From contig JAUCBJ010008675.1 of the NCBI GenBank assembly GCA_032718475.1, positions 44,769 to 108,768 of the forward strand: 64,000 nucleotides of DNA. Reading direction: 5' to 3'. This DNA comes from Nemertoderma westbladi. Its lineage: Eukaryota; Animalia; Xenacoelomorpha. How positions within the stretch are numbered: position 1 is the stretch's first letter; every line of letters starts with the position of its first letter. Below the pieces are notes generated by a model, which was not told the DNA's origin, ran no database searches, and saw only the letters and a list, made by a program, of their open reading frames with translations. The translations under genes were made by a program, and so were the position numbers. This document shows, one piece after another, positions 13,460 through 26,255 of this stretch.

Positions 13460-14699
13460 ATTAGCTCAAGTTAGTGTCATATTGGCCATTGTCTGCTGTT
13501 GTTTCCGGTTGTCGTTTATCGGCCTAGCGTTTACACAACTGACTATAATCGAATCAGTACCCGTAAGGTGACGATGAGCCGAACGCACGTTTTTGTGCCG
13601 CCAGTGTGGGAATTCAATTTGTCACAATGTACAGAATCACTTGGTGACAGAACTGGAGACTAATTATATTAGCAACTGTTTCAAAATGTTAATTATTAAT
13701 AATTGAATTGACCAGCAATCATTTAGCTCAAACGATTACCTAGGCCGGTAGATATTCGTGAAATCATGAAATACATTATATTGCGATAGAAATGCGGCAA
13801 AGCTTCAGTGGTTTGCGTTGAGGTTGAATGATCCACGATACATTGAAACCAGGTTATCCTGGACGAACATCCCAACCCTTAACGGCTAACAAACTCCAAT
13901 CTATGAAAGTTGGGGATGTAACAACAATTGGGTGAACCCAGTGCCTCACTCTGCTCGTCTCAGTGTGTGGCTGACTTATTAATCTGTCCTTTTATCAATC
14001 AAAGATTCACACGCCATTGGACTCCTGTCCCTCCTCTCCCCTGTGCTTCCCGATCCCGCGATGATTGACAATTCTCGCCTGGTGAACATCTTCCAAGTGG
14101 GGAACCATGAATAGATTATAATAAAAAAATCTGTGGGATTAGTTTTGGAGATTGTGCAAGTTGAGGCCAGGAGAACGTCCCGCGGTTATCAATTGTTCTA
14201 TTGTCTTTCGGTTTATTAACTCCGGTCAGGTTGTCAACATTCGTAACCGATTCCGGATCGATTCACTAAACCTGTCCGCATCCCGTGTAATCCGAAGCTT
14301 CGCAATAGATGTTTGCATCAAAACATTGTACCACATTTGTTATTGTAAGTCTAGTATTGATGATATTTTTACGCGATTTTGTAATTAGATTTAAGTTATT
14401 TTTATCACATCTTCCGCAAATGAAACTCTATGCAATTTGCAAAATTCTCCGGATATAAATAACATCTCCGTAACATCCTGTCGACATCTGCGATAGAATT
14501 AAAATCATTTTTATTGAAATTTACTCGCTAGGAATCCTTGTCACTTCATTTATCGACTGATAAAATTGAACAAAATGATTCATTCACCCATCAACGATGA
14601 TATAATAACAAGATTGTGAATCAATTCCGCAAATTATTACATGATTAACTTTATTAATCATGTAATAATGCTCTGGAATAGCGTGGATGCTTAAAGCAT

Positions 14700-15900
14700 T
14701 ACACTGTTAAATTTATAAGTGTACCTTGATTACACGTGTTCAATGTTCACTAATATGTGTGTTTACTTTACCTCGCGGAAAATTATGGAATTTACTAAAG
14801 GGATGAGCTTTTCATTGACAAAATAAATGTTTTGGAAAATCTAGGCGTTGCTAATGTTCAGACTAAATCTCATTCTAACTGCGTTAAAGAGTTTTTCCTC
14901 TCACCACGGCGTCAAATAGGCTGAAATCTTCTGATGTGATGTTATTGAGGCACAAATTGGCGATGCTAAGCTTTGAGAAGTACTCTGCGCCTAGGGTCAA
15001 TATGCAAACAATACGAGATGTCAGGACCAGCCACGATTTACTTACCCAGTTCCCACAGAGTAAGCCTACCTGGGATGTCTGAAAGTACTGCAGTACCCAC
15101 CATTTATATTCAGATTGGGGACCCCTCGATCAGGCGTGAGGGCTGACAATACTTTGATTTTCGTATTAAAACCCTTAAACCTTCGCGAGGCCAATTAAAT
15201 AGGATTGCCTGCTGGGGGTCCGACCTTACCGGTTAATAGGTCAGAGTGTTTCTTATATTCTTGTTGTGTGCAATGGATGGAGGGTTAGTGTTTAGTAGGC
15301 TAGGCCCGGTGTCCACGTGGCGACCCTTTCTATTGTTATCGCGAGGAAGGGTTTTACCGCTCCCGCGCACACTTACCCTACCTACCATTGAATTGAATGA
15401 ATCCCCCCATCTCGCCATCTCAGGGTTTCTTTTGTCTGTCTTTGACGGGTCCGTGCGTTGATGACTATAAACTCAAATGGAAAGGGGCTGTGGCAACCAG
15501 AAGAAATCATGCCGAATCTCACAAGAGGCTATAACTCACTTTAATCTCTGTTTTTTACCTTGAAGGTCCGCAGATAGGCCTAATGAGGTTTCCTCTCGAA
15601 TAATTTCGGTGTACGTTGCTAGGTGCTTCAATTATCTGCTGCCCAGTATAGGAAGACCACGAAACCATTTGTACCTTTAGGGTGTGTAGAAAGAGCGAAG
15701 GTTTCAACCTAGCAGGCATTCTATTCTACTTTAGCATATAGAAAAGCCCTTAGAGAAATTGGACTGGCTTTTGTTTGGCCCCATCCTGTCCCCATCTTAT
15801 TGCGATCCTGGGTTTCTGTTTAAAAAGAGGACAGCTTCTTAATTGGGATTCTCGCTGGGTACGAGACTATCTCACCCCCAATAATGGCCCCAAGAAGCAC
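14700..15900 (-). mobile_element. Heavily decayed CR1-like LINE
   Basis: Minus-strand remnants RGERKNSLTQLE and a frameshifted LDFSKTF-like RT motif near 14830-14910; many stops. Confidence 0.35.
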
Positions 15901-16357
15901 CTTATTATTGTGTAGCTAAGCCGCACAGCACCCTACCTTATTATACATAGCTTTATATAATTGCTTTGACGCTAAAGGAATGGTTGCACGACCACATGGG
16001 TTGCAATAAGTAGATCCTAAATGCTGACAAGTTTTAGCTAAGACTTTGTCCCATATCGTATCGTAATGTAACACCAACACTAACGTTTCAGCAAAGTTTA
16101 ATCTTAATGATATCCCACGAAATTTAAAACTTTTAATAGTTTAGCATCCTTATTGTCGCGAAATGTTTGTTAAATTGCTATGTTTGAAAATTGCCACATT
16201 TGATCAATTAGTTAACATCGCACCTCATCTGTACATAATTATTCGGTTGCGCCGAATTTTCGCGTGTTATAAAATAATTACAATTCTATAGTTGATGAAC
16301 TATGACCAGTACCACTGTGTGACATTGATTTATTAGATAGTTAGTATCACATGTCAC

Positions 16358-16447
16358 TGTAAGCTGTTCCTTTCCAGTATTTGATATTATCGGCCGAAGA
16401 TTTGTAAGCTGTTCCTTTCCAGTATTTGCTATTATCGGACGAAGATT
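16358..16447. repeat. 45-bp tandem duplication
   Basis: tgtaagctgttcctttccagtatttg(a/c)tattatcgg(c/a)cgaagatt occurs twice. Confidence 0.85.
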
Positions 16448-17998
16448 GCATCCGTATTACTATTATTATTGTTTATAGTTTTTTGTTGGTAATCTACCCA
16501 TTGAAAAGTGGCGTGAATTTACAAGGACCTCAAATCTGAAACAAATGAATTTAGATCAGAAAATCATGATATGGATAACATGGACTGGACAGGTGCTGGC
16601 TGGTATTAACAAAATGTATTCTATCAAAATCTTCTTGCAAATACATAACCCGGTACTGTATTTATTATAGATGACTGCGGACTGCGGTATATACTGTATT
16701 TATTGGATTTAAATTACCTAGGTCTAACCACATTGTTTTTAATCCTGGATCGAGGAATGTGATAATAATGGGTTAAATAAATGACATTAAAATCTGGAAA
16801 AATTAGTTGAAAAGGAATAATCAGTTATATTTAGATCGGCAGATATCTGCCGCTTTTTTCACTGAACCTTGCATTGGAGTACATAATACATTTTTGTGTG
16901 ATTTTAGCAGCGATTGTCATCAATAATCAGACTGATTCCCAGCTGACATCATCATTGGGAATTGTGTCTAATTGCCAATAAAAAAAATAGTCCCCAGGAC
17001 CAGTTTAAACATTGAATCCCATTACTGGCCCATTTGATATTTGATATTTACATGATTCACTACAGTTAACTTTACAAAGAAGAACGATGACCTACTATAT
17101 AGATATAATATCTATAGTAGTACAGTAGGTAGGTAGGTAGGTACTGTAGGTCATGCATTCGACAATTTCCATTTCAGTCACCGTCACCTCTTCGAACATA
17201 ATTATGGTGGATATGCTTTTGTAGAGTTATTGGTGGAAGTTATTGACGAAAATGGATATTAAGGGGGGGGGGGGGGGGGGGTACGCCATTTTGTTTTACC
17301 CGAATTTATTTTTATGATACTGTATATTAGAATGCGCGATTAAATGGTGTTTCCAAATCTGAAAACCGCTATTTTAGCTCTTTTTGTTTTCAAGTTATAA
17401 CAATTTCCATTCAGGGAGACCTATTGAAATTACTATTACTATGTATAATAAAAGGTCGATTATAACCAAATATTATTTTTATGAAATTGTCTACTTACAT
17501 AAAAACCCTACTACAGTACGTCTACAATTTTTGAGGAATTAGTCTGAAACTTTCTGTGGGTGTCTACATAGCCAGCCACCCTGCATAAAAGGATCAGACA
17601 ACTTTTTGTAATTTTTAGTTAATAAAATTTAATACTATTTATAACAAGCCTAAAAAATTAGCATAAATTTGCAGCGCCACCTAGCGGCGCAGAATTATTT
17701 TCACAAAATTTCGCCTGATAGTTATGTTGCCCCATCTTTGATCTATCATATAAATAAACTTTCATGTGATTAGGTTCAAAACTGTAAAAGCCTTAGGGTT
17801 TTAAGCGCAACCAAGTTTTTTTATTGTTAACTAGTATTAACTAATATTAAAATGCGAAAAATAAAATTTTTCTGACCTGTCATGTAGATTAGGTACTTAT
17901 AGTCCAAATTATAGCAAAAACCAAACAATTTTGAAACGCTGAGAGTGATAAATCGAAGAGTTGTCCGAAAATAGCAAATCAATCTGAAAGATGCAGGA

Positions 17999-18070
17999 GC
18001 CTCCGTGGTGTAGTGGTTAGCATACCTGAACGTTTATCGGGAGACGCGGGTTCGATCCCCGCTAGTAGCG
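17999..18070 (+). pseudogene. tRNA-like sequence (SINE head or tRNA pseudogene)
   Basis: A box tggtgtagtgg, B box ggttcgatcc, and anticodon stem cctga/tcggg are present, but the acceptor stem does not pair and the loop lacks U33. Confidence 0.6.
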
Positions 18071-18792
18071 AATTCATTTTTTCCGCTCCATTTGCTATAG
18101 AGTTGGATCATCCTAAGTTCTGTTTAAATTACTTAATAATTTATACAATCTATGGATGTTAAAACATATAAACAATAATATTGATAATATATTGAATATT
18201 TGTATGACATTACAAAACATAATTTTAGTTTAAGATATAGCACACTTTATGCAACTGGAACACAGCCCTCTGGGGGATCGAACATTTTATTGCTTTTGCA
18301 TTAGAGTTATCCTCTGGACACACTTTTGGGGAGAATACTATTCAAATAATAAATAAATATAATTTATATTAATATAACTAATAAATTGGAAATACAAAGC
18401 GAATAATTTAATACATATAATTAATAGACCAGAAACGTATTGAAGCAAAATATTTGTAATAAGAGTCGGGGAGGTCCGATCCCGAAGGAGTGCGCCGTCC
18501 CCAAACCCAAGACCCCTCCATTATCTGCGGACGATAGGGGTGTGAGGGAGGACCTTCGCTCCTCGCAGGAATCTATGGAGTTCTCCTTCTTGGCACGAAC
18601 ACGTAGATCATTGAGTATGGACTCAACTGGTCTGTTCGAATAAGAGGGTCCGTCGGCGTTTACAAAGCCCATATAGGCAGGGTTACAATCCCACATATCC
18701 CCCACTCCAATCAACATGATGCATAGTGGGCGACCAAATAGGGAAGTGAGGAATTATTGGTAAATTTCATCCAAATTACTTTAAACAATACT

Positions 18793-18965
18793 GGCGACCC
18801 GAAGGCTCCTCTTTCGATAGCTGCGACCCGAATTTAAGGGTGGGCGCTACTCCTATCCCAAGTTTTGCTCCCAGTAGCAGTGATTTAACTGGTCCATATT
18901 TTATCGACCCCAGGGTATGAAAGACTGAGTGGAACCTGGCGGGGCTCGAACCTATAACCAATAGT
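18793..18965 (-). mobile_element. SINE family B fragment
   Basis: Homologous to 26048-26215. Confidence 0.8.
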
Positions 18966-19019
18966 TTATGATTGTGTTCTCTTCAAGGGTTATAATGTGA
19001 TGCATAACAACTTAGGTTC

Positions 19020-19303
19020 CACCTTGGTGTAGTGGTTGCATTGAATTCACATCTCCTGTAGGTCGTGGGTTCGATCCTCACATGGGCCAGGGCAGTTTTC
19101 GTTTCGGCACGAATGCTTTAAAGGGACCAGCCAGGGCGCATCTCTGCCTTGCATCCTTAAGTGGTAGCTAAATGAGTACTGGAGTTTCCTCTGGGGAGTA
19201 AAGTTCTGGGGGGACCGCACTGGAAATAAGTCGTCAGACTTTGTGCGTAATCCCTGGCCTTAGCGGCCGAAGAAAATTTACTTTTTTTTACTTTACTTTA
19301 CTT
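19020..19303 (+). mobile_element. tRNA-derived SINE family A, near full length
   Basis: A box tggtgtagtgg, B box ggttcgatcc, body with ctaaatgagtactgg, (TTTAC)n tail; second copy at 10203-10458. Confidence 0.85.
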
Positions 19304-19582
19304 GATATTAATAATAACTGTGTTCAATAATGTTCAAATTTGGAAATAAAATTTATATTATATTTACAAGTTCTGCTAATTTTTGGACTTTTCTTTAATA
19401 TGGTAGAAGTCCAATGGATTATTTTCTAAAATAGCTAAACCAGTAATGGGTAATAGATCCTATCACAAAACCATAACACAATTTCAATTTAAATTATAAT
19501 ACAGAATATACTGTAATTGTGATGCAAACCATATTTTAGACAGTCTATACTGTTGGGAAAAGTTATCAGCTTTGTGTCAGTT

Positions 19583-19760
19583 TCACTGGCATTCTGTCGC
19601 CATCCGCGCTGATTCCTTTGAGCCGGTTGCCTGGGAGACAGGAGTAGCACGTGGCTCATCCACAATGGGTATTGGATGTTTTCTTTCAGTCTTTAGAAGA
19701 GGAACTTTTCCCAAAGTTTCCGACAAAAAATCCATAATGCTTCCACCATGTAGCAACTTC
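19583..19760 (-). CDS. C3orf20: C3orf20-like host gene, predicted terminal coding exon
   Basis: Acceptor attcacag|, phase 2 matching the previous exon; open KLLHGGSIMDFLSETLGKV...ARMATECQ then TGA. Assigned by phase and position, not homology. Confidence 0.55.
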
Positions 19761-20034
19761 CTGTGAATATAATGATATTTAGGATAAAATTAAGGAAAAA
19801 GAATGTCCTGTCCGTCTGTTACATCAAAAACCCCAATCGAAGGGGTCTGAGATAAAAGCCGAATTTCGGACCATTCGTTCCATTTCCTTGCGTTATAATA
19901 CCTAATACTTAATTTTATTCTCTATTTAATATTTTTAAATTAGTGCTTCACTCTTTTTATAAGAAATAAACATTGTAAATACTATAAATACTACAGTATA
20001 TTATAAATAAATATTGTTATACTCTATAGGAAAT

Positions 20035-22226
20035 TGTGACAGGACAATTAATTGCCCTCTGGAAAATTGCCACCCGGACAATTGCCACCTGAGGACAATT
20101 GCCCCCGAACTATTGCCCCCCGGACTATTACCCCCTGGACAATTGCCCTCCGGACAATTTCCCCCCAATTACACTTACCCACCAAACAATAAATTGGCCC
20201 CAAGGAAATTTTAAAATAAATAAGGTCGTTCCTAACTAGAAATTTAGTCTTCCTAACTTGTTGCAAGTCCGTTTTGTATTTAATAAAACATCCATGTTTG
20301 CTTATTTATCTGCTCAATAATTTCGATATTTTCCAACTGAAGTATTTCATTACAATAATAATAAAATGTTAACGCTAAAGCCATCCAATTACGTCATCGA
20401 ATAGCTATAGCTAGCGTAAAGACAATCAAATAGTTCTAGAAAAAATCTTGATTTTTCGAAAAAATCAAAATAATTTATAGTTTAGAAGTGTTGATCAAGT
20501 TTTTACTGGAATTTCATAAAATTATACGAAAACATTGAAAGGATTTCTAGATTTAAAATATATTCCTTAAATAAAATATCGGGGGCAATTGTCCAGGGGG
20601 CAATTGTCCGGGGGGGGGGGGGGGGGATTTCGCCCAGGGTAGGAATTTCTTCCAAACTTCCCGGTAACAAAAGTATTGTCGTGTGAAAATGTCCCGCTCC
20701 CAACTAATGAAGAAATGTTACCATTTATTAATTAATGTAACCCTATTAGCAATGGGGTGTTTAAACCATTAGCAGCACTGGCGGGAGGCCGACCCCCCCC
20801 CCCCCCCCCCCCCCCCCACTGTATTTTAGTAATCGTCCAAACGATATTCTAAGAAATTTGGACTGTAGGTTAAAAAATTATCGATGAACATCTTCCTAAA
20901 AAAAATCTTAAAAAAATAAAATTTGATATGTAGTCCCAGGACCAAATGTAAAGTTTTTGTTATTTTAAAAACTAATATTGTGGCTTTATTATACGATTAT
21001 ATTCAATTCCTAAAATTAAGCGGTTTTATACTATTTTTCAGGCATCTAAGAACTTCAAATTTACAAAAATATGACATCTGTAAACTACCACCACGTTTTG
21101 ATTTCAGTACATTTCGATAGGTTTTCTTGATCGCTGGTTCGGATGGCATTACTCTAAAAACATGTCTACCTATTAGTGCTCACTTTTGTTGCAGCAAAAC
21201 TAGGGGGAAAGCAAAACTAATAGCAAAACTATTTATTAGTGGCACCTCAAATTTAGAACAACTAGGTCTTCAGGTTTCTATATTACTTTCAATAGATTCA
21301 GCTGACCGGAAAACATATAGAAATAAATTGAAAGAAAAAAAGGATGTGAAAAAACACAAAAATACAAATATAATCTTTTGTGTTTTTTACCAAATCTCAT
21401 AAATTTCAAAATTTCAAGAGTGCCACGCCCAAATTTTTTTGTGCACAAAAATGAAGTACCACTAGGTGCTTTTTTAGCGTATTCTCATTCGAATCAGCGA
21501 CCCAGAAAACATATAAAATGCGTTGAAATCGAAACTGGGGTGTATTATCAGAATCTTGTATATTTCAAAACTTGCCATATCAATCAGAATCAATGAAAAA
21601 ACCCAAAATATCACTAAGCCTAAACTCACAAATGACCTTAAAAAATTTCAAAAAAAATATGCTGGTGACCAAATTTTGAGGTGGCACCCACATACAATAG
21701 TAGAAATCAAACTGTTCTGCTTCCATTTATTCTTATTCTTAGTTTACTATAATATTTTCTGATAAAGTGACATAAAATCAAGGCTTATTTTATGGTGTTT
21801 CAATAAACGACTCACTTAAAAGAAAATTGTATGTATGCCTTACAATAATTCAATAAAATAATCGGATGCCTACAGTATTATACATAGATTGATGATAAAT
21901 TAATAAATACTGTGTTACAAAATCAAAAGCATTGAATTTGTTCAATCTTATATCTGTTTATTCTAATATCAAAGCTACATAAATTTTCGATTTTAAATTA
22001 TCCCGGTTCGTAGTTCTGTTTTACCATTTTATCAAAATTATCCCGGTCATGGCTGAATATCCCGGTAACCACTTTACTGGGATACCCCAATTATTCTTAC
22101 CGTGATTTCGCCTCGGGGGCAATTGTCCGGGGTGCAACTGTCCTCGGGGGTAATTGTCCGGGGGGCAATTGTCCAAGGGGGGGGGGGGGGGGCAATGTTT
22201 CGGGGAGTAATTATTGTCCTAGTTCC
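20035..22226. mobile_element. MULE-like non-autonomous element with ggacaattgccccc TIR arrays and nested inserts
   Basis: Repeats at 20042-20170 are inverted at 22114-22220 (and at 20581-20610); 9-bp TSD ataggaaat (20026) / ataagaaat (22227). Confidence 0.75.
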
Positions 22227-22324
22227 ATAAGAAATATATTTATATATACTAGAGATCAATTTATAGGTACAGTAGCCTACACCGTATAATATGTCATTGA
22301 ATAATATATTTCTTAGCACCGAAT

Positions 22325-23356
22325 CATTTGACACAGACACACATCACATGACACAGAACCATTTGAAGTGTTATGGGGCGTCCTCCAAGGAGACACACTT
22401 GCACTATTCTTGTTCATTATTGTGGTTGACTATGTTCTACGCATGTCCTTAGATCATCATAATGATGATGGGGTGATGATAACTCCACCTACTGGCTCCA
22501 GAAGTCGAGGAAATCCTGCCAAGTACCTAACTGATCTAGACTTTGCTGATGACTTAGGAGTACTCTCAGAATCATTAGAGGGAGCCCAACGGCTCCTCAG
22601 CTCATTAGAACATGCTGCTTCTAGTGTTGGTCTTTTTATTAACTCCAGAAAGACCAAAATTCTGACAGTTAACTTTGAAAGTCCTCAGCAAGTCTCTGAT
22701 CGGATGAGCATAAGCTCAAAGGATGGTATGCTTGAGCATGTGGACGACTTCTGTTACCTGGGATCATGGATCCGGAAGTCAGGTGAGGACCTTCGAATAC
22801 GTAAGGGAAAGGCATGGGCAGCCTTGAATAGGATTTGGAAGTCACCGAGAATTAATCGGAAACGTAAGGTCCGATTATTTAGAGCAGCAGTAGTTCCAGT
22901 ACTCCTCTACGGGAGTCCATTCTGGGCTCTAACTGCTGAGGACACCAAATCTCTGGATGGCACATTCACAAGAATGCTACGCCGGGTTCATTGTGTCAAG
23001 TACAATGCACACATCTCCAACCAGACACTATATAACATTGGAGGTGTCTCATTGGTTCCCCCAAGCTTGACACTAGAACAAAATCGCCTCCGCTTTGCAG
23101 GACATTGCTTTCGCCGTGAGGACCAGCCAGTGCATAATCTTGTACTTTGGCAGCCTCATGGAGTGAATAAGCATGGTGGACAGCCCATGACTTTCTTGAG
23201 ACGCATCTTAAAGGACACTGGCCTTAAAGATGCGGATGATCTAGCAAATGTCATGGGTGATAGGGAGTTGTGGCGGTGCAATTTTGTTGACAAGCCGGCA
23301 CAGCATTCTTAAAAATGCAGCTGCAATGCAGCATGCCGATCCTACAGTAGTAGTAG
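22325..23356 (+). mobile_element. 5'-truncated RTE-clade LINE (RT C-terminal half; ORF 22368-23312)
   Basis: GVLQGDTLA..LFIIVVDY, LDFADDL, FCYLGS, VLLYGS..W; (TAG)n tail; 11-bp TSD tagcaccgaat at 22314-22324 and 23357-23367. Confidence 0.92.
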
Positions 23357-23710
23357 TAGCACCGAATTTAAAGAATCCAAGCTCGCTTTGCCTCTACAGC
23401 TCTAGCTTGTCGATTTCCAAAGGATTTGTATAAACTGGGAACTTAGTTCGCCGGTCTAGCAGTCTAGGAACTAAGTTCGCTAGGATCAAAAAGTTAACCA
23501 AAGTCAGCCATTGTGGGATCTAAGATCGCCCCACAGCCATACAGTAGCGGAGTAGCCTACACAGTACGTCTGAATGTTGATAGCAAAACGCTCCTACTGT
23601 CATCGCTAACAGCTGAACTGCTCCTTTTAATACCGTACCGGTACTGCAGTACGTTTGCCGGTTTGCGGCTTGCCTTCTATCCATACAAATAGATACTGTA
23701 ATAAGTAATC

Positions 23711-24133
23711 ATGTCCAAGAGAGGTAGAGGAGCTGGTACCGGAGCGAAGTTCAGGATGTCTCTAGCGCTACCGGTCGGCGCGGTAATGAACTGCGCGGAC
23801 AACACCGGAGCGAAAAACCTCTACGTAATATCGGTAAAAGGAATCCGAGGGCGGTTGAACCGAATGCCGGCGGCCGCGTCCGGGGACATGGTCCTCGCGA
23901 CCGTAAAGAAAGGTAAACCGGAGCTCCGGAAGAAGGTCCTACCCGCGGTGGTTATCCGACAACGGAAACCATTCCGCAGAAAGGCCGGACTGTTTATATA
24001 CTTTGAGGACAACGCGGGGGTCATCGTTAATAACAAAGGGGAGATGAAGGGTTCGGCTATAACTGGGCCAGTAGCCAAGGAGTGCGCGGAACTGTGGCCA
24101 AGGATAGCGAGTAACGCCGGTAGTGTAGCCTAG
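23711..24133 (+). CDS. RPL23: 60S ribosomal protein L23 (uL14), intronless CDS
   Basis: Full-length 140 aa: [34 protein letters not shown]...[11 protein letters not shown]...[37 protein letters not shown]. Confidence 0.97.
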   Translation: MSKRGRGAGTGAKFRMSLALPVGAVMNCADNTGAKNLYVISVKGIRGRLNRMPAAASGDMVLATVKKGKPELRKKVLPAVVIRQRKPFRRKAGLFIYFEDNAGVIVNNKGEMKGSAITGPVAKECAELWPRIASNAGSVA

Positions 24134-24368
24134 AAGTGGGTCTACCAGGTATAGATTGACGGTGTTGTGTTAATAACTAATTGTTTGTGCAAATTAATTG
24201 ATATATTTCTCTCCATCGACGGTAGAAATGAATAAGTACCGGCACCTCTCTCATGAGAGCTTTTAATATATCAGAAATATTGTTATTGTAAAGAGCAATT
24301 CTGGGTGGATTGTGAATTTTCTTCTAGTAGAAGAGGCAGGCCGAGTTGATTGGGGATATTGCACTCAA

Positions 24369-24569
24369 GGCGGGGGGGATTGTTTGGAGCTGTTCTCCTT
24401 TGAAGAAAATTAATATATCGTCTCAATGTTAAATTATAAATTAAGGAAAAGGAGCAGGTTACAGTGGCACGTTATTCTAACCAAAATAATAAACTAAAGT
24501 CCATTCCACACGGGTCGATTTTCCCCTGGTGAAGGATGAATTTTCAATGCGTCAGTTTCCCCCCTCGCA
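24369..24569 (+). mobile_element. Short MITE-like element, homologous to 59246-59468
   Basis: Shares ctcaatgttaaatt...aggagcaggttacag.ggcacgttatt.taaccaaaa.aataaacta...tcga.tttcccctgg with the 59 kb copy; partial copy near 12910-12980. Confidence 0.7.
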
Positions 24570-24917
24570 CTATTTGGGTTTGTGGCACGAACGATTGTAG
24601 TGAGTGAGTGAAAATAAAGCCACGAGGATAGCAAATACTGAAAATATACTATAATATAGTATTAAGTTTTTAAATTTCGAAGTGATACACTAGTAGAAAT
24701 TATACCGCTTGTAGTTTCTTGTATCGCTACAGGACACTAGAAAATCGATCAGCATGTTTTTCAATTGACCGCCCATATTTTCACAAATGACTCTAAATGA
24801 TGTGAATAAAAAATAATATAATGTCCCAGAACATTTTACTCAATAAAGCTAGTTAAGTAGTAACCAGTATGTATTATAATATTATATTAACTAATAATAA
24901 TATATTAGTAATTTTAC

Positions 24918-25067
24918 CTGGGTTGTAGCGGAGGAAGATGCATTCCATCAGTAGCTGTAGAACTTATCGACGGTCGTTCCCCGTGTGATGACGTGTAACG
25001 ATTTGATTGGTCGCCTATTTGCCCACCCCAAGGGGCTCTGGGACCTTCTCGAGCAGACAGAAAGGAA
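24918..25067 (-). CDS. C3orf20: C3orf20-like host gene exon
   Basis: tattgcag| 150 nt |gtaaaa, phase 2/2; SFLSAREGPRAPWGGQIGDQ...MHLPPLQP, open in the required frame. Confidence 0.7.
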
Positions 25068-26017
25068 CTGCAATATAATTAAAAATAAGTCTGTTCACTT
25101 GGGGCCAGTAAACATTGGGTTTCACGATATTAATAATAAATTGGTGCTGCGATGAAGAGAGAGAATACGAAATTAGTATTTCGTATATTTTCATTTCGAA
25201 TCGTATCTATGAAATCTTGTTTCTTGTCGAATATTTTTTCATATAAATTTATGACCGATCCGGTACATGAAAATACCTATATAAGTTATAAAAAATAACA
25301 ATAAATGTAATTAAAACTTACGAATTTACTAAACAAATTATTTTCTAAACTAATATTTCTGCATTGGTCTAGTTTAACCTTGTAATTATTTAGATTTAAG
25401 TTTTGTATTCGAAAAAAAATACAACATTTTTCGTATCGTTCCGTATTTTATCAAAATTTCATTCGTATCGTGTCACGAAAAACTGGTTCATATAGTATCT
25501 TGTCCCAGTTAGTTGCGCCGATAAAGTGGATATTCTACTAACATAACAACAATCCTTACAGATTTGACTTTATCTTATCAGGCCAAAATCCGCCTTTTTA
25601 TCGGTGCCAATAAATAACTAAGCGAATAGGGTTGGTGCGCGAAAAAATTGTTGGGCTAGAAACAATAGAATAAGGGGTAACAATAATTATAATTAGTCAG
25701 TGCTAACCGAGATTTAACTATTTACGTCATCATAGTGTAACCGATGTACCGAGCGAGCGCAGCGAGGGAGGTTTACATAAATAACCAAGGTTCTTTAACG
25801 CTGAAAAGTGACCTTTGCAAGCAATGATGTATGTAATTTTGTGACATTATGTCTGTCAACTTATCAGCGTTCGGTATGTGAGGAAAGGATTTTATCGATG
25901 CTCATTTAAACATTTTAATCATGTACCGGTACTATATCGAAAATAAGTGAAATTTATTAACAGGTACACAGTATTAATTATACATTTATTAACTTTAATT
26001 ATAATTTATTTATAATT

Positions 26018-26255
26018 TCAAGCAAGCAAACAGTCGGCCGAAGCCGGAGGCGACCCGAAGGCTCATCTTTCGATAGCTGCTACCCGAGGGTAGGGGTGGG
26101 GGGCGCTACTCCTATCCCACGATTTGCTCCCAGTTATTTAACTGGTACTCAGTTTATCGACCCCAGTGGATGAAAGGCTGAGTGGACCCTGGCGGGGCTG
26201 AACCTACAACCAATAGATTGCAGGCCCGGCGCTCAACCAACTGAGCTACCCCGCC
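26018..26255 (-). mobile_element. tRNA-derived SINE family B with Nin-like central domain
   Basis: Minus strand: ggcggggtagctcagttggttgagcg head, ccactcagcctttcatccactggggtcgataaactgagtaccag core, (TTGC)n tail. The Nin label is from recalled consensus. Confidence 0.75.

Noticed and set aside
14100-14520. Possible FLYWCH/MULE transposase relic on the minus strand
   Set aside because: Too many stops and no convincing motif by eye.
17999-18070. Functional tRNA gene
   Set aside because: Acceptor stem does not pair and the anticodon loop lacks U33.
23711-24133. RPL23 (and DPH6, CHERP, MFSD8) as dead processed pseudogenes or as bacterial/HGT genes
   Set aside because: All four are full length with no stops or frameshifts and lack poly(A)/TSD scars; the proteins are clearly eukaryotic types. 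Expression is still unproven.
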